Below are positions 36,653 through 45,719 of a stretch of 64,000 nt of DNA, one piece after another. The notes under the pieces are model-generated. The model saw only the letters and a list, made by a program, of their open reading frames with translations. It searched no databases and had not been told where the DNA came from. Where the stretch lies: the IMG/VR virus record IMGVR_UViG_3300045988_130724, positions 12,203-76,202 of that record. One strand, 5' to 3'. The translations under genes were made by a program, and so were the position numbers. Origin of the DNA: a virus. Numbering within the stretch: position 1 is the first letter of the stretch; every line of letters starts with the position of its first letter.

Positions 36653-37081
36653 CTAAAAATGCGGGTCAATATAATGACTTTGATAATGAAGCATAAGCAA
36701 AACACCGTCCTTGTACGATTGTCCATCTGCTACCCAACAGCCGTTTCTTCTTTTAGTGAACACCTTTGCTCCACCTTCAAGTGTTGGTAAAATCCTATAA
36801 TCACCAGCATAGTAGTCGATACATTCCGTTTGATTAAATGTAACCTCAATCTTGCATGGAGAAATAATTTTGGTAACAGTAGCTGCTCTCCTATCAGAAT
36901 AGTAGCATACAGTACACCCTAGCCCGATTTCAGGAATTAAGTTTTTGATGGCTTCTGTCTTCTGTCTATCCCTTTCTTCTCTCCATTCGGAATACTTAAC
37001 CCCATCCGGACATTTTCTGCTTTCGATTTCTCTCAGGATAGCAAAGCTTTCTTTGCTTGTTAATTTGTTCGATGTTCTCAT
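36653..37081 (-). CDS. hypothetical protein
   Basis: 142 aa ORF. No motif recognised. Confidence 0.6.
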   Translation of the reverse strand: MRTSNKLTSKESFAILREIESRKCPDGVKYSEWREERDRQKTEAIKNLIPEIGLGCTVCYYSDRRAATVTKIISPCKIEVTFNQTECIDYYAGDYRILPTLEGGAKVFTKRRNGCWVADGQSYKDGVLLMLHYQSHYIDPHF

Positions 37082-37092
37082 TGCCCTATATT

Positions 37093-37377
37093 TTATCCAT
37101 TATATGATGCTGTTATTTCTTCGGCTTTAAGCTCAGTCTTCAGTTCGCCATTCTTATACATTCTTACTGCTACGACACGAACGGTTTCAGATAAGAATCT
37201 GCCTAAGTCATTTCTAACTTTTTGATCCAGCTTAATAGCCTTTGCCAAATCCTTAGTCCGCTTTCTAATGGTTTTCCTGAAACCGAAAACATAATCTTCC
37301 GTGTCAATCTCAAACTGGTATGTAGTTGAATGCAATACCCGGTTAAGCTCTTCTGTCATTTGTTGTACCCTATTCAT
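37093..37377 (-). CDS. hypothetical protein
   Basis: 94 aa ORF with AGAGCAATG start context behind an early-type promoter. Confidence 0.55.
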   Translation of the reverse strand: MNRVQQMTEELNRVLHSTTYQFEIDTEDYVFGFRKTIRKRTKDLAKAIKLDQKVRNDLGRFLSETVRVVAVRMYKNGELKTELKAEEITASYNG

Positions 37378-37411
37378 TGCTCTTATTATTTAAGTTGTTA
37401 TTTTTGATATG

Positions 37412-37419
37412 TAAAGATA
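37412..37419 (-). promoter_or_regulatory. early-type -7 box TATCTTTA
   Basis: Plus strand reads taaagata, 35 nt upstream of the ATG at 37377. Confidence 0.4.
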
Positions 37420-37491
37420 CAAATAATATATTGAATATCAGTATTTTACATCTTAAATATCGCAAGCTTAAACTTTGTTTAACTTATTCAT

Positions 37492-37722
37492 TTACTGATA
37501 CTTAGTTAACAGAATAGATTTACTTTTCTCTATTTCGCCATTGGTATCAATACCAATTTGCTGGTAGAACCCGGCATTACCAGAAAGACATTCATACGCA
37601 ATTTTCAATGTTCTGCGTTCTTCTTTGGTAAATCCAATGCGAAAAGTGGAGAAAATAGCCAGTGCGGCTTTAAAATCACCGCACCGGAGTAATGAGATTG
37701 CTTTATTGGTTTTCGTTTCCAT
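37492..37722 (-). CDS. hypothetical protein
   Basis: The ATG at 37722 (METKTNKAISLL) is preferred. The track start at 37746 is a TTG. Confidence 0.5.
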   Translation of the reverse strand: METKTNKAISLLRCGDFKAALAIFSTFRIGFTKEERRTLKIAYECLSGNAGFYQQIGIDTNGEIEKSKSILLTKYQ

Positions 37723-37882
37723 AAAGATAAAATTCTCTCCCTTCAAAATCGTCTGCTGTCAACACAATATCTTCACAGTTTACCATGTCTTCCACTTTCT
37801 CAAAAGCATCATCTTTATCTTCCGCTTCCACCTCTACCACTTTAGAAAGAGTTTCTACTACTTTAATTCTGTACTTTTTCAT
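37703..37882 (-). CDS. DpnD/PcfM-like protein (59 aa, below ORF-track cutoff)
   Basis: Hand-translated: MKKYRIKVVETLSKVVEVEAEDKDDAFEKVEDMVNCEDIVLTADDFEGREFYLYGNENQ. The pattern Y.I.V.E.....VEVEA....A...V......IVL..DDF matches the DpnD/PcfM family as I recall it. Confidence 0.55.
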   Translation of the reverse strand: MKKYRIKVVETLSKVVEVEAEDKDDAFEKVEDMVNCEDIVLTADDFEGREFYLYGNENQ

Positions 37883-37885
37883 TCC

Positions 37886-38215
37886 TTAATTCCTTTTTTT
37901 TAGTTCTTCAATAAGTGCATCAGCTAACATTACAGAATGTCGTACAAGTTGTTGTATGCTTGGATTTGGGTCTACTCCATCTACAACAGGAGCGGCCAAA
38001 TTTCCAATCATTGCAGTTTTTGCTATCTCATACCTACGTTGTTCCCAATCAATACAATCGGACTTTTCCTGCATTATTTCAAGCTCGTCACAATCATATA
38101 CATCTTCTGAATTAGATACGTTCACATACCCTTTTGCTATAATTTCATTGCCTAATCTTACGTTCAAGTGACGTACTTCTATGATTTCTCCTGTTTTCTT
38201 TATCTTTGCTTTCAT
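37886..38215 (-). CDS. hypothetical protein, paralogue of 41308-41604
   Basis: Both share MKA.(I/V)K.TG...(I/C)(D/E)WEQRRYE(I/L)AK(T/S)AM.G...ADALI..LK. Confidence 0.6.
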   Translation of the reverse strand: MKAKIKKTGEIIEVRHLNVRLGNEIIAKGYVNVSNSEDVYDCDELEIMQEKSDCIDWEQRRYEIAKTAMIGNLAAPVVDGVDPNPSIQQLVRHSVMLADALIEELKKRN

Positions 38216-38718
38216 GCTGTATAATTTATGATTTGACCACTAAAACTACATATAATATCATCGTATTCATTGGCAGGTATTAATTCATCTATTTCCTCAA
38301 AATCTTTATGTAACTCTTCAGAAAGATTGGTTATAATATCAACGTAAATATCCTTTGCTTTATCACGAACAGCTTCATCGTAGTCATCTTCGTTCATCCA
38401 TCCTTCTTGGTAAACGAAACATGGTTTGAACCGTTTCTTGACTTCATCTATCAAATGGTAGTTCAAGAGTATTTCGACTTCCGTCTTTTCAATAGAAGAT
38501 TGGAAACTAATCCCGTCATACTCAACACCGTGCTTTCGCTGGTAACTACTTATACCATCATGTCCTGACTCTATTGCATTGAATATATCCCCCTTTTGGT
38601 AATTCTTATCACCCCTAATTTTTACAGTGTTGATGTATTTTGAACCTTGCACATCGAAATACTCAACAATACAGCCATTTTCACAGACAATCCTTTCTTC
38701 TAATATCAACTGTATCAT
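38212..38718 (-). CDS. hypothetical protein
   Basis: The ATG at 38718 forms an ATGA overlap with the upstream stop. The track start at 38733 is a GTG. Confidence 0.55.
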   Translation of the reverse strand: MIQLILEERIVCENGCIVEYFDVQGSKYINTVKIRGDKNYQKGDIFNAIESGHDGISSYQRKHGVEYDGISFQSSIEKTEVEILLNYHLIDEVKKRFKPCFVYQEGWMNEDDYDEAVRDKAKDIYVDIITNLSEELHKDFEEIDELIPANEYDDIICSFSGQIINYTA

Positions 38719-39365
38719 AAATCCTCTCCCCACAACTTTTTAGCCAGCTCGTATTTCTTTTGCAGTTCGTTTACCTCTTTCTTGGCATAAGTGAGAGTGT
38801 ACGCATGTTCACGTGGGTATTTGCCAGACTTTACGCCTTCATGGTATTCTTTAGCTTGTTCCAATTTATGCTCGTAGAAGTCTATACTTTCAGGCATTGA
38901 GAGATTAATCATATTGGCTCTTTCTTCCCAATATTTGGCTACCCTTTCATGTTCATTAGTCTTATCACTGAACTCAACGCTTTTACCCATGTTGTTCCAA
39001 GCATCATCTATCATTTTGCGATGCCGCTTTTCGCTATGATGTCCTACTTTGATAGGTTCACCGAGAGAAAGAAAATCAGCATCCTTATTTGACTTGTTAT
39101 AAAATTCAGTACTTTTGCGTTCTGCGGATACAGCCCATTCACGTCTGCGCTCCGCTCTTTGCTTTGCCCATTCCTGAACATTAAAACCGTCGGCTCTGAT
39201 GATGGAATAGTAATAGAAGCCATCTTTCTCAAAAATCAGATTAAAAACGATGCTTTCATTTTCTTTGCCATACTTGGTGGTAACTAGAATTTCTTCACCT
39301 CTTTCGTACTTTTCTTCGCACTTTGCCAAAAATACGTTTGGCGCAAATTTGTAATATGTGTTCAT
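38715..39365 (-). CDS. DUF3560 domain protein
   Basis: LGEPIKVGHHSEKRHRK matches the conserved DUF3560 core as I recall it. Confidence 0.6.
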   Translation of the reverse strand: MNTYYKFAPNVFLAKCEEKYERGEEILVTTKYGKENESIVFNLIFEKDGFYYYSIIRADGFNVQEWAKQRAERRREWAVSAERKSTEFYNKSNKDADFLSLGEPIKVGHHSEKRHRKMIDDAWNNMGKSVEFSDKTNEHERVAKYWEERANMINLSMPESIDFYEHKLEQAKEYHEGVKSGKYPREHAYTLTYAKKEVNELQKKYELAKKLWGEDL

Positions 39366-39408
39366 TGCTCTTATGTGTTATGCAGGGCTTTCGCCCTGCT
39401 GGTTAAAC

Positions 39409-39693
39409 TTATCTTTTATCTATCACTAAGTAATGGTCAGCCAAACACTTTACCCATTGTATTCTATACTTTCTTGAAGCACATCTAAATTCAATATCTC
39501 TTATAGCAGAAAGAATATCAGACACGCTTTCATTATAATATTTTGCGAGTATAGTTAGTACATGATAGCTTTCTTGCGGTGTAAAGTGCAAAGAACTTCT
39601 GTATCTCTTTGCTGTCTCATATACTCTTTTAGAAAAAGATTCTATAGTTTCAAATTCTTCTAATCTATAATTGAATAAATCTGTTGCTTTCAT
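39409..39693 (-). CDS. hypothetical protein
   Basis: 94 aa. First gene behind the duplicated promoter (copy B). Confidence 0.55.
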   Translation of the reverse strand: MKATDLFNYRLEEFETIESFSKRVYETAKRYRSSLHFTPQESYHVLTILAKYYNESVSDILSAIRDIEFRCASRKYRIQWVKCLADHYLVIDKR

Positions 39694-39827
39694 CGCTCTT
39701 GTCTTTTAATTGTTAGTAATATTGGTTTCTTTTAGTATTGTAAAGATACTCATTATCAATGAATTAGCCAAGTATTTACACAATTATTTTAGTCGTAAAA
39801 CACTCATAACCAAAGATTTAACCTTTA
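39682..39827 (-). repeat. dispersed repeat copy B
   Basis: Partner of 28828-28975. Confidence 0.8.
39741..39748 (-). promoter_or_regulatory. early-type -7 box TATCTTTA
   Basis: Plus strand reads taaagata, within repeat copy B. Confidence 0.45.
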
Positions 39828-39884
39828 GAGTAAAACAGCAAACATAATACAGATGATGCATCGGAAATGGTTACTTTGTACAGT

Positions 39885-40139
39885 TTATCCATTCCACTTT
39901 TTTAATTTATCTAAAAACTTGCTATCCCCTGAGTAATCAGCACTGATAGCCTTCTTGCTTTCGATAATCTGCTCTAAAAGTATTATACATTCCTTTCTTA
40001 TCTCTTCGGTTTCATTATAACCGCAAGCGTTGTCAACCATTATCTCTATGTTTGATTTTGGCTTAGAAAGTTGTTTGCAGAGAATTTTCAACCGCCAGTA
40101 ACAGAAATCAATTGTGGCTATGTGTTCTAACTTGTTCAT
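39885..40139 (-). CDS. hypothetical protein
   Basis: 84 aa, ATGA overlap with the next gene. Confidence 0.55.
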   Translation of the reverse strand: MNKLEHIATIDFCYWRLKILCKQLSKPKSNIEIMVDNACGYNETEEIRKECIILLEQIIESKKAISADYSGDSKFLDKLKKWNG

Positions 40140-40375
40140 TTCTTTTTAAGTATTTCAATACATTCCTTTACTCCATCATCGAAACCTTGTTTATACCCTT
40201 TGGTATAATCCCCTATAGTATATACCGCCATTGACAGAAAAAATAGAAGGATACCTAAAGCCTTATGCCAACCGGGCAGCGAGATAGAAAACGGCTTAAA
40301 TGTAATTGTGAGATCTCCAACCCATAATAGGGCGATAATACATATGATTGTAAATATAATTGTTTTCATAATCAT
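40136..40375 (-). CDS. small membrane protein (2 TM)
   Basis: 79 aa. TM segments IIFTIICIIALLWVGDL and ALGILLFFLSMAVYTIG. ATGA overlaps at both ends. Confidence 0.55.
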   Translation of the reverse strand: MIMKTIIFTIICIIALLWVGDLTITFKPFSISLPGWHKALGILLFFLSMAVYTIGDYTKGYKQGFDDGVKECIEILKKK

Positions 40376-40743
40376 ATAAGTTTTAATGCTTCCTGTAATC
40401 CTGCTTCAAGTGCGTCTTCGTAGATATCCCATTTACTACCATCATTTGTTCCTTCATAAACAGAACTGGCTATATGAGTTCCATTGTCAGCTTTAGATAT
40501 TTCGTATCCATAACCACAAGCACAGTTATATACACATATATGAATGTTTTTGGTTTCACGTAACCACTTTTGGGCGATGGATTGTGTAGGGCAAGAATAA
40601 AATAATTTAGGTAAATCCTTACTAGTTCTAAATATGGTTTCCATCATTATACCCTTATGATTAATAATATCTTTGCAATACTCATTAAACCCTTTCTCTT
40701 TCAGCAACTTCGCTGTTTCTAATGTTACAAGTTCTTCGGTCAT
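40372..40743 (-). CDS. hypothetical protein
   Basis: 123 aa ORF. No motif recognised. Confidence 0.55.
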   Translation of the reverse strand: MTEELVTLETAKLLKEKGFNEYCKDIINHKGIMMETIFRTSKDLPKLFYSCPTQSIAQKWLRETKNIHICVYNCACGYGYEISKADNGTHIASSVYEGTNDGSKWDIYEDALEAGLQEALKLI

Positions 40744-40745
40744 AA

Positions 40746-41090
40746 CTATTTCTTGTTTAACTCATCCAACACTTTCTTTACTAATTCATAGCGTGGTAAT
40801 TGCCAATTCTTCGCAATATCATCTATTTTATCATCATAATGATTGTCGTAAACATACTGATTTAAGTTGTCAACAAACCCATCACTATCAAGTCCTTCAT
40901 CGCAATCATCAAACATATCAAGTTCACAGGCTAACTTGGAGCATTCACAGTGGGTTACCCAGTCATAAACACGACCGTCATAAACATTGGTCTGTCTGTT
41001 ATATTTTTCTCCAACGGAAATTACTTCACCGCAAAAATCGCACCTGTGTTCTTTGCGAGCGACAGGAGTTTCATTTCTTAATACTTTCAT
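40746..41090 (-). CDS. hypothetical protein
   Basis: 114 aa ORF containing HRCDFCGE...THCEC cysteines. Confidence 0.55.
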   Translation of the reverse strand: MKVLRNETPVARKEHRCDFCGEVISVGEKYNRQTNVYDGRVYDWVTHCECSKLACELDMFDDCDEGLDSDGFVDNLNQYVYDNHYDDKIDDIAKNWQLPRYELVKKVLDELNKK

Positions 41091-41092
41091 AG

Positions 41093-41305
41093 TTATCTAC
41101 TCTTTAAAGCATTAGCAAGCATATCTTCACAATGCAGCTTATAAGCATGGGCAAACATTTTCAAAGTAACAGGCTCAAAGTGAAAATCTGCCTGTTTCCC
41201 TTCTAAAACAACAGAAATATATAATTGTCCATCGCAAAAGTCAATATATGCTTCACCACCTCCATCCCCTTTAATGGAAAAGGTTTGTGTCTGTACACTA
41301 TCCAT
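41093..41305 (-). CDS. hypothetical protein
   Basis: 70 aa ORF. Confidence 0.5.
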   Translation of the reverse strand: MDSVQTQTFSIKGDGGGEAYIDFCDGQLYISVVLEGKQADFHFEPVTLKMFAHAYKLHCEDMLANALKSR

Positions 41306-41307
41306 AG

Positions 41308-41604
41308 CTATTCTCCTTTCAGTTTCCTTATTAGCGCATCAGCGAAACCAAGACTCCATTCTGCTATCATATCTGAACCAGCACTCATTATCTGTTCATG
41401 TGGATTGCTGCAAAATCCTTGCATCGCGGATTTAGCTAGTTCATATCGCCTCTGTTCCCATTCGATAGCTGAAAAATCAAGTTCGTATTCCTTGAAAACC
41501 ATGTTATCACATACATATAAATAATCTCTGCTATGTTGAGAGTTGATGTTTAATTGGGGAGTTACATCTACCAAAACTCCTGTTGATTTTACTCTTGCTT
41601 TCAT
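41308..41604 (-). CDS. hypothetical protein, paralogue of 37886-38215
   Basis: 98 aa. Shares the WEQRRYE.AK.AM core. Confidence 0.6.
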   Translation of the reverse strand: MKARVKSTGVLVDVTPQLNINSQHSRDYLYVCDNMVFKEYELDFSAIEWEQRRYELAKSAMQGFCSNPHEQIMSAGSDMIAEWSLGFADALIRKLKGE

Positions 41605-41761
41605 ATTTAATATTCTGATTTAATAATAGTACCAAATGAACGATACCTACGCCAAACTATATTTCCACGCTGAATACTAGTAAGCCAATCACAAGCCTTA
41701 AACACTTATCCTACATTATATAAAAATGGTCGTTTTTGTATTTTTCTTTTTATTCTTGCTT

Positions 41762-42217
41762 TCATAATTCCTTCTTTGTTTTAAAGTGTTCAATCAGTTC
41801 ATTTACGGTAGCCTTACGGAAATTTCCTGAAATAATTGTTGCATTTTGATATTCTATACCCCAAAAGAAGAAGCTACCTTTAGGCTCTATGAAATAATGG
41901 TCATTACCAATAGCATCTCCAAAAGAAACGCTAAGTGAAGATTCTGCTATAAACCACTGCATATAGTTACTATCATCCCTTAATGCAGCTATAGCCAGAA
42001 AAAGTTCCTCATTCGTTCCACAATCAACACTATCGGTTTCGTCAGGATGTGGAATATTACTGAAAAACTCAATACTATATAGACCGTATTCGGGTTCAGT
42101 GAAAATACATAAATCTTCGTTAAGTTCCGCTCCAAACAATCTATATCCCAACTCATCTAATTTCTTTTTAATTTTATAGGTACTCTTGCGAATAAAACAC
42201 GGTGTTGTAAATCCCAT
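41762..42217 (-). CDS. hypothetical protein
   Basis: 151 aa ORF. Confidence 0.55.
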   Translation of the reverse strand: MGFTTPCFIRKSTYKIKKKLDELGYRLFGAELNEDLCIFTEPEYGLYSIEFFSNIPHPDETDSVDCGTNEELFLAIAALRDDSNYMQWFIAESSLSVSFGDAIGNDHYFIEPKGSFFFWGIEYQNATIISGNFRKATVNELIEHFKTKKEL

Positions 42218-42219
42218 AG

Positions 42220-42417
42220 TTATTCCTCCTTCTCTATTTTTACTTTTCCGCGGTTAACAAAGCCATCACAGTTCATCAAAGCACAAAGACAGACGGAATA
42301 TTCTTCCTTTTCTGACTTACTGCAAATGCGCAACAGTGAGCATTGGTTGCATGGGACATTTTCACTCGTCATCTCATGCAACACTCCATTTATTATTATT
42401 CCGTTCTTTATTTCCAT
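42220..42417 (-). CDS. hypothetical Cys-containing protein
   Basis: 65 aa with CNQC...C...C.C...C. Confidence 0.5.
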   Translation of the reverse strand: MEIKNGIIINGVLHEMTSENVPCNQCSLLRICSKSEKEEYSVCLCALMNCDGFVNRGKVKIEKEE

Positions 42418-42420
42418 ATC

Positions 42421-42822
42421 TCAATCTCCTTTCTCTTTAATTCGTTCCAGTACATCCCTGTTGGATTCTAGTATCTCATCGAAAGACGGTATTGGCATCC
42501 AATAGATTACATCATCTCTATGATAACTCTCACTTGCAGCGCAGTCATACCAAAAGTGATATTCCATATCTTCGTTGTAATCTTCATCATAATGCGCTAT
42601 TCTTATTGTTCCATCTTCAAGCGCCACTAATTTTTCGTTTGTATCTTCCGGCAACCGTTCCTTAACGCTTATCCACGGGGATTGCTTGGACTGCCACTCA
42701 GCACCTTGGATGAAATTTATCTCTCCAAACCTTGCCAAATCTTTACCAAACAAAGTCCTGTCAACTGTCCTGTGATTAAACAAGATATTTTCCCTTGCCG
42801 CTTCTTCTACTGTCTGTTTCAT
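42421..42822 (-). CDS. DUF551-like protein
   Basis: WISVKERLPE...VIYWMPIPSF resembles the DUF551 W..V.D.LP...W.P.P pattern. Confidence 0.55.
   Translation of the reverse strand: MKQTVEEAARENILFNHRTVDRTLFGKDLARFGEINFIQGAEWQSKQSPWISVKERLPEDTNEKLVALEDGTIRIAHYDEDYNEDMEYHFWYDCAASESYHRDDVIYWMPIPSFDEILESNRDVLERIKEKGD
42422..42464 (-). repeat. 43-bp repeat copy 1 (3' end of the DUF551-like gene)
   Basis: 39/43 identical to 43552-43594. Confidence 0.7.
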
Positions 42823-42833
42823 AATTTAATCAA

Positions 42834-43055
42834 TTAGGGGTGATGTGGTTGAATGTTCAATTCGTTCTCTATAAATTTCTGTAACTTATGGGCGCATTCC
42901 GAGCATAAGTCGGCTTCTTGGATGAATATATCTTCCCTTCCACCAACAGAACCACCATCCCATTTATCCACCTTGAAATCCAATCTTGCGCTGCGGAAAT
43001 ACGATGGCTGTATCTCTCTTCCGCATGCATCACATATTATCGTTACTTTTTTCAT
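42834..43055 (-). CDS. zinc-ribbon protein
   Basis: 73 aa with CDACGREI...CSECAHKL. Confidence 0.55.
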   Translation of the reverse strand: MKKVTIICDACGREIQPSYFRSARLDFKVDKWDGGSVGGREDIFIQEADLCSECAHKLQKFIENELNIQPHHP

Positions 43056-43072
43056 ATTTGTTCTGTTTTAAA

Positions 43073-43330
43073 TCAAATACAAGCTAAATGTCCGTAGGCG
43101 CATTCTGACATGTTGCCATGTTTATTTACATGGTCAATAAAATCCTCCAAAGGAACGGCATCTATCTCTTCTCTTGCTTTTACAATGGGAGCACCGCCAC
43201 CAGTGATACTTACTTGAACAGTATCCCAAGAAACGTACTTCTGACATTCTTTGGTCAATTCACTTTCTATTACTGCTAGTCGAGCAAAGGTGGAGTTATA
43301 TTCTCCAGCCAATTTTTCTATCTTATTCAT
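43073..43330 (-). CDS. hypothetical protein
   Basis: 85 aa ORF. Confidence 0.5.
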   Translation of the reverse strand: MNKIEKLAGEYNSTFARLAVIESELTKECQKYVSWDTVQVSITGGGAPIVKAREEIDAVPLEDFIDHVNKHGNMSECAYGHLACI

Positions 43331-43425
43331 ATTTATCTTGTTACAAGTTAAAATATTTTCCTTTTTTTGCGCCTACGTTGAAAATCCAACATAAATTTTT
43401 TCCTACCATTAAGAGTACGTGACAT

Positions 43426-43548
43426 TTAAATGATCATATATATTATCAAAATAAATACAATGACAGATGAAATACCTACGGCAATCATATATGTACGTAC
43501 TAATCCCGTCAATCCGGATTGATTCAAATAGTCAATAAGTTCTTTCAT
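43426..43548 (-). CDS. small membrane peptide (40 aa, below ORF-track cutoff)
   Basis: Hand-translated: MKELIDYLNQSGLTGLVRTYMIAVGISSVIVFILIIYMII. One TM segment. Its ATG lies in the same GGAGATTGA-N3-ATG context (ATT vs GAT) as gene 42220-42417. Confidence 0.35.
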   Translation of the reverse strand: MKELIDYLNQSGLTGLVRTYMIAVGISSVIVFILIIYMII

Positions 43549-43551
43549 AAT

Positions 43552-43594
43552 CAATCTCCTTTCTCTTTAATCCGCTCCAATACATCCTTGTTGG
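43552..43594 (-). repeat. 43-bp repeat copy 2
   Basis: Partner of 42422-42464. Here the conserved ...DVLERIKEKGD frame is shifted relative to the annotated ORF. Confidence 0.7.
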
Positions 43595-43815
43595 TTCAAT
43601 AGCTCACTAATGTTATCTATGACTTCCCCATCTGTCAACGTATCATCCAGGATGATAGATTTAATCTGACTTGAAAGCCATGATGTGCCATTTTCAAAAC
43701 TAAGAGCAATCATGTCTTTAATATCGGAAACACCATTCGGAATTCCGTTTGTCCCGAATGAATCAATTACTGATTCTGCATATTCTTTTGCTGCTTCTTC
43801 TAACTTCTGTTTCAT
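43567..43815 (-). CDS. hypothetical protein
   Basis: 82 aa. The N-terminus MKQKLEEAAKEY resembles MKQTVEEAAREN of 42421-42822. Confidence 0.5.
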   Translation of the reverse strand: MKQKLEEAAKEYAESVIDSFGTNGIPNGVSDIKDMIALSFENGTSWLSSQIKSIILDDTLTDGEVIDNISELLNQQGCIGAD

Positions 43816-43833
43816 ATCTATCTTGGTTATACG

Positions 43834-44328
43834 TTAAACCTCTATCTCAAACTGCTCACTTTTTGCCGATGGCATACAATCAAGAAGAGAAGAACCTACT
43901 GAGACATAATAGATACCATCTTTTTCAAACGGGAGCCAATGGAAGTAGCGTCCTGTTTCTTCGTGCATTACCGGAATCCCAAATTTATTAAGGAGCCGAC
44001 CATTTATACCTCGAAACTTTCTACGCCATCTATCAATGAATTCACGACCTTCTTTCTTTCGTTTATCGATTTTCCAACACGGATGCTTCTTATCATCATT
44101 ATTCGGAATCAGTTTCTCAGGAACAAACTCCTTATCATCAAATCCAATAAGAGTATAAAGCCACTCAGCGGTTATTCCAAATGCCCATCCATATCCGAGG
44201 CTATCCGGTCTTGAACCACAATATTCTTGAATCATATCTTTAGCTTCGTTTTGTTCGCGCATAAGCTGTTCATTCATTTGTTTCAGTAGCTTCTCAAGCT
44301 CTGAACCTTGTTTTGCTATTATCTTCAT
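43834..44328 (-). CDS. hypothetical protein
   Basis: 164 aa ORF. Confidence 0.6.
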   Translation of the reverse strand: MKIIAKQGSELEKLLKQMNEQLMREQNEAKDMIQEYCGSRPDSLGYGWAFGITAEWLYTLIGFDDKEFVPEKLIPNNDDKKHPCWKIDKRKKEGREFIDRWRRKFRGINGRLLNKFGIPVMHEETGRYFHWLPFEKDGIYYVSVGSSLLDCMPSAKSEQFEIEV

Positions 44329-44340
44329 TTCTTATCTGAT

Positions 44341-44685
44341 TTATACTAATTCAATTATAACCTTTTTTAAATTAACAAATAAAGGTATTGCTGACATGCC
44401 CCCATTGCAATCCAACTGTCTTAAAGAGGGAACAACCTCTCCGTCATCATCAATCTCATAATCTGCAATATAGGCTAACATCTTCGTTTTGGGGACCAAT
44501 ATCCTTTCATTGCTCAAAGGAGAAAACCTTTCATGAACCGGGACCGTTATACAGACCTTGCTTCCAATAGGGAACCCTTGGTTGGATTCAATGTATTCCT
44601 TTTCCAACTTCCCCTTTTCGCCATTCAATTCTTTTAGCTTTAAATCAATGGCATTTCTTTTGCTCAAAAATTCTTCCTTATTCAT
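44341..44685 (-). CDS. hypothetical protein
   Basis: 114 aa ORF. Confidence 0.55.
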   Translation of the reverse strand: MNKEEFLSKRNAIDLKLKELNGEKGKLEKEYIESNQGFPIGSKVCITVPVHERFSPLSNERILVPKTKMLAYIADYEIDDDGEVVPSLRQLDCNGGMSAIPLFVNLKKVIIELV

Positions 44686-44694
44686 GTTTTTGTT

Positions 44695-45429
44695 TTACTC
44701 TAATTGTTTATCGAAAATCTTAATACATTCAAATAAATAGTGCGCAATTATAGGTTGTACTGCATTGCCTATACACTCCGTTCTGTCCACCCTATCGGGA
44801 AGTTCATTAGACTTTCCAGCAAATCGGGGTGAGGGTATTGACTGTCTTGTTCTCCATCCCGGATATACTCGTGTATATTGCCCCGATAGGTAGGGCTTCC
44901 GAAATATCGATTCTTGGATGCTCCTTTTGCTGTTGATTTCACAGGAGTAGGCAATACAATATAATCGCTCCCGACCCTGTTGTATACCAAAGTCGGTGCC
45001 TGATAAACATTGCCATTCTGCATCATACCCGATTTCGGAAAGGTCGCATAAGACCCGTTCAAATCCCCGAATAAGGAGCATTGGACTGTTTTCAATGATG
45101 ATGTATTTAGGTCTAACTTCCCGTATAACTCGGTACATTTCAGTCCATAAGCCACTTCTTTCACCGACAATTCCGACACCTTTTCCAGCAACGCTGATGT
45201 CTTGGCAAGGGAATCCACCGCTGATGATGTCAACAAATGTTGGATTTGAATACGTTCTAATATCTCTGTTGATTTCATGGTTTTCTCCAAAATTTTTTTT
45301 GATTATACTTGCTTGATAGTCTTCATATTCGCAGCTCCAAAGTGTTTTTATTCCGGCAAACGCTGCGCCCAAGCCGAAACCTTCTATCCCACTAAACAGA
45401 GAGCCATGAGTCAATTTACTTTGCTTCAT
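44695..45429 (-). CDS. DNA (cytosine-5)-methyltransferase, compact
   Basis: Motif I LFSGIEGFGLG, motif IV GGFPCQDIS, motif VI ENSP, motif VIII QQGRERLY, motif X GNAV. The ATG at 45429 is preferred (244 aa). The track start at 45504 overlaps the upstream gene. Confidence 0.9.
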   Translation of the reverse strand: MKQSKLTHGSLFSGIEGFGLGAAFAGIKTLWSCEYEDYQASIIKKNFGENHEINRDIRTYSNPTFVDIISGGFPCQDISVAGKGVGIVGERSGLWTEMYRVIREVRPKYIIIENSPMLLIRGFERVLCDLSEIGYDAEWQCLSGTDFGIQQGRERLYCIAYSCEINSKRSIQESIFRKPYLSGQYTRVYPGWRTRQSIPSPRFAGKSNELPDRVDRTECIGNAVQPIIAHYLFECIKIFDKQLE

Positions 45430-45448
45430 CTCTATATCGTTTTGAGGG

Positions 45449-45679
45449 TTATTCACTATCGTATTCTGACATGATTTCCAAAATATCGCTTTGTATATTT
45501 TCATCAGTTAACATGTGCTCAACTAATTCTTTTTGCTGCGAGGGTGTGGCTATAATACACTTCACTATTTTATTGCTATCGGTAGCCATTATTATAATTC
45601 CACCTTCGCGAGTCTTAGGTAGGCGTACTGCTATTTCTTTAGCAAATGCCTCTACGTCTTGAATAAATTGACATTCCAT
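45449..45679 (-). CDS. hypothetical protein
   Basis: 76 aa ORF. Confidence 0.5.
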   Translation of the reverse strand: MECQFIQDVEAFAKEIAVRLPKTREGGIIIMATDSNKIVKCIIATPSQQKELVEHMLTDENIQSDILEIMSEYDSE

Positions 45680-45719
45680 ATTAGTTCCTTTCTTTCTCGG
45701 TTTTAATTAATTACTCCCG

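Noticed and set aside
44769-45290. 173-aa ORF overlapping the methyltransferase gene on the same strand.
   Set aside because: All the C5-MTase motifs I identified (I, IV, VI, VIII, X) are in the other frame.
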